In this document: positions 57,860 to 64,000 of the stretch, one piece after another | How the letters are laid out: the number at the start of each line of letters is the position of its first letter | How positions within the stretch are numbered: the first letter of the stretch is position 1 | Notes under the pieces: generated by a model | Database searches by the model: none | What the model saw: the letters and a program-made list of their open reading frames with translations, nothing else | What the model was told of the DNA's origin: nothing | Source: Caecitellus pseudoparvulus | Lineage: Eukaryota > Protista > Bigyra: Bicosoecida | Assembly (NCBI GenBank): GCA_965644315.1 | Contig: CBFFRQ010000040.1 | Location: forward strand, 310,001-374,000 | Reading direction: 5' to 3' | Length of the DNA stretch: 64,000 bases | Program-made: the position numbers and the translations under genes

Positions 57860-60800
57860 TCATCGCCGCTGGGCCCAGAAGCTCGAGGAGCTGACACCGG
57901 CTGCCTTGGCACCTTGCTGCTTGGACCTGCCACCCTTGCGACCACGCCCCCGACGGCGAGCAGCAGAGGCATCGAAGAAGCCGTAGCCCTGTCCGGAGTC
58001 GCGGGAGCGTGGGTCGAAGCCACGTCGGCGGAGGCGACGCACGGACAAGTGTCCGCCGCGCCCATACCGCTCCCCACGGTGGTCGTCCCGGGAGAACTGC
58101 CCCGTGCGCGTGGCCAGCATGCGTTCGTTGCTCTCCACCAACGCCTTGGCCTTGTCGGCGAACTCCAGGGCGAGGTGCTGCAGCGGGGACACGTGCACCT
58201 TGTGCATGACGATGGAGGAGGTGGGCTGGTCCCAGCTGGCCAGCAGCTCCTTGTTGATCATCATCTTGGAAACCATACTGTGCACGACGCCGGACTCCAG
58301 CTCGAACATGCTGCACAGGGAGCGCAGGGACATGCTGTCGTAGTAGGGGGCGAAGGTGACCAGGTACGTCTTCAGGCCAGCCTCCCGCACCAGCACGTCG
58401 TACTTGGCGGCCACGGCGTCCCATGACCGGGTGGCCCACAGCGTCCACACCTTGAGGCCCAGCACCAAGTCCCTGCACCGGCGCCAGTTGCCGTTGTTCA
58501 GGGCGAGGCCGGCGGTGATGACGGTGTCCTTGGTGGTCTCGGGTGGGCCGCTGAAGGTCTTGTTCAGCATCTGCTCCATCATGCGGCGGTAGTCCCGGGA
58601 AATCTGCCGGTCGGCGCGGCGGGGGTTGTTCTCCGCAGCAGCCATGTTGGGCACCTCCAGCAGCATGGCGGCCACCATGTGGCACGCGTCCAGCAGCTCG
58701 GCGTGGATGTGCATGTGGTAGGGCGTCTGCCGGCGCTTCTCACGGCGCTCCTGCTCGGGGGAGCGGTCGGAGAACCGCGTCGTGCCCTGCGCCAGCAGCT
58801 CCTTGGCGCGGCCGCTGCCGCAGATCTCTGCCAGGCACGCGTGTGCGTCGCGCAGCAGCCCCTCGCGGAAGGCGCAGGTGCCCAGGCACGCCATGGCGCG
58901 GTTGAACAGGATCTGCGTCCCCACGTCGGCCTTGTGGATGTTGTCCTGCAGCTTGCTCATGAGCAGCAGGTCGCGGGCGGCGTAGAACTCGTCGTGCAGG
59001 GCGTGGTTGAAGACGTGGCACAGCAGAGCGCGTGTGCGGGAGCGGTCGTCACCGTGGTTGTACAGGAAGGTGGCCAGGCGCTGCACCTCTGTGCGGCAGT
59101 CTGCCGTCGCCGCGTCCTTGAACGGCTCCTGCTCTGGCACGGGGCTGAGGTCGGGCAGGGTGGCCTTCTTCTTGCCCCCTGAGCTGTCCACCACCGCCTC
59201 CACACGCTGCGTCAGCGCAGTGATGCGGTCAGACACCTCCTGCAGCGCAGCTCGGCGCTGCTCGGCGCAGCTGGCAGCCAAGTCGTCGTGCATGCCGCGG
59301 CCGACGGTCTCGTGGCGGTAGTACATGTGCTCCAGGCGCACCAGTGCAGCACGGGCGGCGGAGGCGGAGTCCCCCACCCGGACGAAGTAGTCGTGCACGC
59401 GCCCGGCGGTGGTGACGAGCCACTCCTCGTCTTTCAGGCGGGCGATGTAGTCCTGCGTGTGGGGGTCTGCCGCCTGCAGGCTCTTGGTGAACTCCTCGCT
59501 CAGGCGCTCGACGATGGTGGTGAGCAGGCCCACTGTGCGGACGACGCGCTTGCCGTCCTCGCGCTGCTGCACGGCAGACATGCTGAAGGCCTCCTCCTCG
59601 TCCTCCTCGCCGTCGCTCTCGTGCCCGGCCTTGTGCTCGGCGGCACCAGCCTCCTCGTCGTCGTCGCCGCCATCCTCCTCCCCATCACCCTTGCCGCGCT
59701 GCACAGCAGCCTCCGCGACATCGTCCGTGTTCAGGGGCGCCAGGATGATGTCCTTGTGGGCGTCCAGGACATCCAGGACGCCCCACAGGCCGTGCAGGCA
59801 CGCCTGCCAGCGCTCCGTGGTCAGGGCGTTGTCCAGTCCACGGATAGTGTCGAAGCGGGCTGCGATGAGGTGCATGTCCACGGGCAGGCCGTACTCGGCG
59901 CCGAACTTGGAAGCCACTGCTGCCAGGTACTCCAGCTGCACGATGTGGTTGCCGATGTCGGCACCGCGGCGGCCGCGGGAGCTCAGGATCTCGTACAGCT
60001 TGCGCTCCAGGTTCTTGGCGGTGACCTTGGACAGGCTGACGGCCATGCGGTGCTCTGCCAGCTGCGAGGGCGTCATTTGGGACTCCAGGTCGGCCTGGGA
60101 GACGACCTTGGGGGCAGCCTTGGTGTCGCCCTGCCCGTCACGGCGGCGCACGCGGGTAGCCTGCACCACATCGCGCTTGACCCAGCGAGCGCGCCCAGTC
60201 AGGTGCTTGCGGTCGTCGTCCGAGTCAGAGTCCGAGTCAGAGGTGCTGCTGCCGTCGAACTCGCTGTCGGTGTCAGAGTCGGTGCTGGAGCCGGAAGTGG
60301 AGTCCGTCGAGTCGGTGGAGTCCGAGTCAGAGTCTGTCGTGTCCTCGCCACCCACGACCAAGTCAGAGTCGGAGTCCCCTTCGCCGCCGCCGCTGCCGGC
60401 AGCCTTTGCACGCCCAGTGTCGTACTCGGCAGGGTAAGCAGAGGGATCCTCATGGCAGGCATCGATCTCGTCACGGAAAGCCTCGACGTACTTCTTCACG
60501 GCCTGCTTCGTGCGGTTGTACCTGGAGGGAGGGAGTGGCAGGGCGCACGTGCAAATTCCGCGGCGGCACCTTGTGCGCAAGGTGGCAGAGCCGGCAAGGC
60601 GACGCACCCGGTGGCGTTCGTGCGGGACATCTTCTTCGTGTCGCTGCGCGTCAACTTCTTGACTGCCTTCTCCAGGTCAGCCAGCACGCGGATGTAGAAC
60701 TTGGGCGTCTCCTGCGTACAGCAGCCGAACACAGTGCGTGCAGCTGGCATCGCTTCAAAGCGCCGCGCCAAATGCCTGCCCCAGCGCTGAGCGGGCACGC

Positions 60801-61202
60801 ACGTGGCCCTTGAGGGTGGTACTGGACTGTTCGTACTTCAGCACGAGCTTGTTGAAAGCTGCACGGTCGGCGGCAAGCGAGGCGGGTGGCGAACCTGCTC
60901 TGCGTGGCGTTTCATGCACCCCACGCACCATCCTGCAGCGAGGCCCAGTCGTTGATGCGCAGGGCGTTGCGGACGATGACGACGGAGGCAGCCAGGCCCT
61001 CCAGAACACGGTCGGTCTTGCTGCGCACGATGCGCTCCTCGTCATCGCTGTCAGAGTCGCTGTCGAAAGCGTAGCGTGTAAAGCCACGGCCGGTGCCCTG
61101 CACGCCAGAGGCGGGGGCGCCCTCGCTGGCTGCAGAGTCGGAGTCTGACTCGGATTCATCTGAGGATGAACCCCCGTAGAACTTGTTGGCCATAGACGCC
61201 AT
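57860..61202 (-). CDS. EIF3C: eukaryotic translation initiation factor 3 subunit C
   Basis: FYGGSSSDES N-terminus, RIVRSKTDR, INDWASL, PKFYIRVL, ARDLLLMSKLQ, QILFNRAMA, PYHMHIHAELL, PCI domain; three short 5' introns between ~60928 and ~60522. Confidence 0.95.
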
Positions 61203-61316
61203 GGCTGGCGCTGGGTGAGCATGCAGGCCGCTGCCGGGCTCGCCAAGGAAGACGCAGTGGTGGAGAATGAAAAGTGGTGTGAGCGGGTGACTGGCGCTGT
61301 CAGCGAGTCTGTGCAT

Positions 61317-62053
61317 TCAAGCGGATGGCGCGTCAGGAGCCTTGGCCGCCCACTCCTTAGCCTTGGCCTCGTACTCCTCAATCTTGTCCATCATCATCGT
61401 GGCCGTGCCGTCGTCCTGAGGGTTGCCCACGTTGGGCTTGGCCAGGAAGCCGACGATGTGTGCGGCGCGCTTGTCCACCGTCAAGTCCGCGCCCTCAATG
61501 CCCTCCATGCACATCTCGCCAGTGTCGTTGTTCACGTTGGGGTGCAGGAGCTTGCCCGTCTCGAACTTCATCTCGGGGCCGTTAAAGGGGTAGTCTGTCG
61601 GGTACTTCAGGATGACCTTGAACTGCTTGCCGGCATACGGGCAGGGGCGCTCGGTGCCGTCCACCTCGTACTTCTCCTGCACAAGCAGTGAATTTGGGGT
61701 GAAGTGGGGGGGGTGGCGCGCTCTACACTAGCCCGGGGGGGGAGGCGGGAAGTCCCGCCCGCATTGGGCGGACATGGCAAGCTGCGGGGAAAGCTTCCCA
61801 CCACGCCAAAACCACGAGGAGGCGGCGTGCTGGGAGCAGCACTCACGGGTCCGTACACCCACAGGTTCCACGTGTAGGGGTCAGCCTCATCAGGCTGCTC
61901 GCAGTGGCCGTTGACGATCTTGGGCCACTTCTTGGCCTTCTCCTGTGACGTGCAGGGCGAAGCGGAAGTGGAAAGGCGTGTCAGCAAGTGCGGCGAGAAA
62001 CCCGCCCTCACCTTCGTGAGGCGCTGCAGGGCCTTGGAGGTGGCAGAAGCCAT
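61317..62053 (-). CDS. ubiquitin-conjugating enzyme E2 (divergent)
   Basis: Exons 62053-62012, 61942-61847, 61676-61317; ALQRLTKE, PYAGKQF, YPFNGP, HPNV...GEMC (catalytic Cys). Confidence 0.88.
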
Positions 62054-62299
62054 GACTAGTGCTGTGTGTAGATACCTGTGCTGAGTGGAGGGGGTGATCC
62101 GATGAGGAGAGCGCAGAGGGGACGACGTGGGTGCCGCCATCGAGCTGGGCAACAGCACGCACACTGGCTCGAAACTGTGCGCAGAGGTACTGATGGAGCA
62201 GGATGGGAAGGCGGTGATGTGATGTGTTTTGAAGAAGCAGTGGGACTGATCATTAGTGACATGCATTGGAGAAGTTGTCAGGGGGGCTGCTGGGCAGCA

Positions 62300-63781
62300 T
62301 CACAGGGCACCGTCGCTGCTTCGCTGGCGAGTCCGCTCAGCGATGGCGCCGTCCAAGTATGCCCCTGTGGCCATCTCTGCCAGTCTGGACAGTGCCCTGC
62401 CAGCTGCAAAGGCGATGTCAGCCTTGGCGGCCTCTGTCGCACTGCGGGATACCTCCGTCTGGCCTGCCGGGTCCAGAGGCAGGCTGGAGTCGCTGACGAG
62501 GTCAGGACTGGGCTGTGACGCGGCTGGTGCGTCCGTCGTGAAATGCCGCAGAATGTGCTCACGTGGAGATGCACCTTGCACGAGCAGCAGCACTCTGCGC
62601 TCGTACACCTCGTCCACGAGGTGGATGAATCGTCGAGCAGTGTCGGACTCGCCCGCCTTGATGCTTGGCGGCGCGCCCGTCAGCACGAGGCAGCGCAGGC
62701 CAACCAGCAAGCGCCGGATGTCGGTGGGGCTCACAGCTTCCTCACACAGGGCGGCAAAGTCGCACAGCATGGTGGTGGAGGACAGGCGCTGGGCGGGCAG
62801 GCTGCGCCCGCCGCCGACATCCACTGCCTGCACGTCAGCGGCGCCAGGGGGCGGGGGGGTGTCGGCTGAAGCGACAAGGTGTGTCGCAGCCACATCGTCG
62901 ATGGGGCTCAGGGTCTCCGCCAGGGCATGTAGGCCCTGGCGCCCTTCCGCCCAAGTGCTGTGGGCTGCCGGGGTGCCTTGGCGATGGTCCGCCGCTGATG
63001 TCAGGTGCAACGCGCGGCACTGGCGCTGCAGGGCGGCGATGAAAGGCAGGAAGTACTGGCGGTTCAGGCCGTCCTTGTACAGGTCCTCCGGCGGACGGTT
63101 GGAGGTGGCGACGACCACTGCCCCCTGTGCCCACATGCCTGCGAAGAGGCGTGACGCCAGCAGCGCGTCGGCCACGTCTGAGACCTGGAACTCGTCAAAG
63201 GCCAGCAACCAGTGGGAGCGGGCGAGGTTTTTGGCCAGTTGGGCGACGCTGTCTTGCGCCGGGTCGCGGGAGACGTGCCAGCCCCGGCCTTCAGCAACCA
63301 GGCGTGCCTGGTTCAGCGCGTGCAGCTGCGCGTGCACGTCTGCCATGAAGGCGTGGAAGTGCACGCGGCGCTTGCGCTGCACGGGGGCCGCATCGTAGAA
63401 CATGTCCATGAGCATGGACTTGCCGCTGCCCACAGGTCCCCACACGTACAGCCCTCGTGGCACGGGGGGTGGAATGGGCTTGACGTCATCGTCATCCGAG
63501 TCCGGCTTTGAGAGACGGGAGGCTTCCCAGGCATCCTGAGCCGCCCAGTGCGCCTGTACAGCTTCTTCGTGGCGGCCAACTTTTGCTAGCAGCCGGTCCA
63601 TCCGCTGCGCCACGGCTCGCTGCTCAGCAGATGGCTGCAGATGGCCTTGTCGCACGAGGGCATCAAAATCCGCAGACACGCCACTGAACTGTCGTCGCTG
63701 CAGCGCCCCAGGGAAGCGAAACGGCCGGGCCTGGGCCACCGCAAGCATTGATCTACATGTGGTCCCTGCCCTTGCCTGCAT
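62300..63781 (-). CDS. AFG1: AFG1/ZapE-family mitochondrial AAA+ ATPase
   Basis: GLYVWGPVGSGKSMLMDMFY (Walker A), RVHFHAFM, LLAFDEFQV (Walker B), ATSNRPP, ARRFIHLVDEVYE; Arg-rich presequence-like N-terminus. Confidence 0.93.
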   Translation of the reverse strand: MQARAGTTCRSMLAVAQARPFRFPGALQRRQFSGVSADFDALVRQGHLQPSAEQRAVAQRMDRLLAKVGRHEEAVQAHWAAQDAWEASRLSKPDSDDDDVKPIPPPVPRGLYVWGPVGSGKSMLMDMFYDAAPVQRKRRVHFHAFMADVHAQLHALNQARLVAEGRGWHVSRDPAQDSVAQLAKNLARSHWLLAFDEFQVSDVADALLASRLFAGMWAQGAVVVATSNRPPEDLYKDGLNRQYFLPFIAALQRQCRALHLTSAADHRQGTPAAHSTWAEGRQGLHALAETLSPIDDVAATHLVASADTPPPPGAADVQAVDVGGGRSLPAQRLSSTTMLCDFAALCEEAVSPTDIRRLLVGLRCLVLTGAPPSIKAGESDTARRFIHLVDEVYERRVLLLVQGASPREHILRHFTTDAPAASQPSPDLVSDSSLPLDPAGQTEVSRSATEAAKADIAFAAGRALSRLAEMATGAYLDGAIAERTRQRSSDGAL

Positions 63782-64000
63782 CGTGGGGGTAGCTGCGTGC
63801 ACTGGGGGACTGGGGGCTGGCGTCCTCTCCAGCCTGGGCTGGCTCGCCTTGATACTCGCCCTAGCAGTGACAGACACACACAGCCAGACAAACTTGAGGA
63901 CCAACGAGGCGGTCAGAGTGAAAGTTTGTGAGCGCTTCGTTTGATCCTTGCAACGAGCTGCCAAGTCGCACTGCTTTGCGAGCATTGCATGGCAGTCTGG

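Noticed and set aside
15427-61202. eIF3d, eIF3c and RPL23A in one window as a translation gene cluster
   Set aside because: They are separated by many unrelated genes; plausible by chance in a compact genome.
61677-61846. Structured RNA in E2 intron 2
   Set aside because: GC-rich hairpins and G/C runs are expected at this composition; no family motif.

Overview
Eukaryotic, GC-rich, very gene-dense nuclear DNA. About 23 protein-coding genes carry short GT-AG introns (mostly 65-110 nt; donors GTGCGT/GTGAGT/GTGCGG, acceptors TGCAG/CACAG). Gene content (axonemal FAP85/SPMIP11-like protein, single-chain ATP-citrate lyase, Tudor/EF-hand repeat protein, secreted lysozymes, giant lectin receptor) suggests a flagellated, bacteria-eating protist, plausibly a heterotrophic stramenopile; this is inference. 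Housekeeping genes: kinesin-14, eIF3d, eIF3c, ARP6-like, SPT5, uL23/RPL23A, ACLY, an E2 enzyme, AFG1-like ATPase, TTC38. Main observations: (1) the hexamer AATGCA follows the stop codon on the sense strand in most genes, a candidate non-canonical 3'-end/poly(A) signal; (2) a box C/D snoRNA candidate in an eIF3d intron whose guide predicts 2'-O-methylation of the LSU rRNA A-loop uridine (yeast Um2921); (3) two tandem secreted, Cys-rich, intron-containing T4-phage-type lysozymes beside a secreted serine carboxypeptidase; (4) a ~3,200-aa multi-C-type-lectin/mucin/multi-TM receptor; (5) a protein with 10 Tudor-like domains, 8 of them in near-identical 276-nt repeats with RG linkers; (6) several unusual architectures (split RWD + pseudo-PARP, CAP-Gly + PP2C, TM-PAS-pseudo-receiver). 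No mobile elements, CRISPR arrays, tRNA or rRNA genes were recognised. Exon boundaries were inferred by eye and need RNA-seq confirmation.
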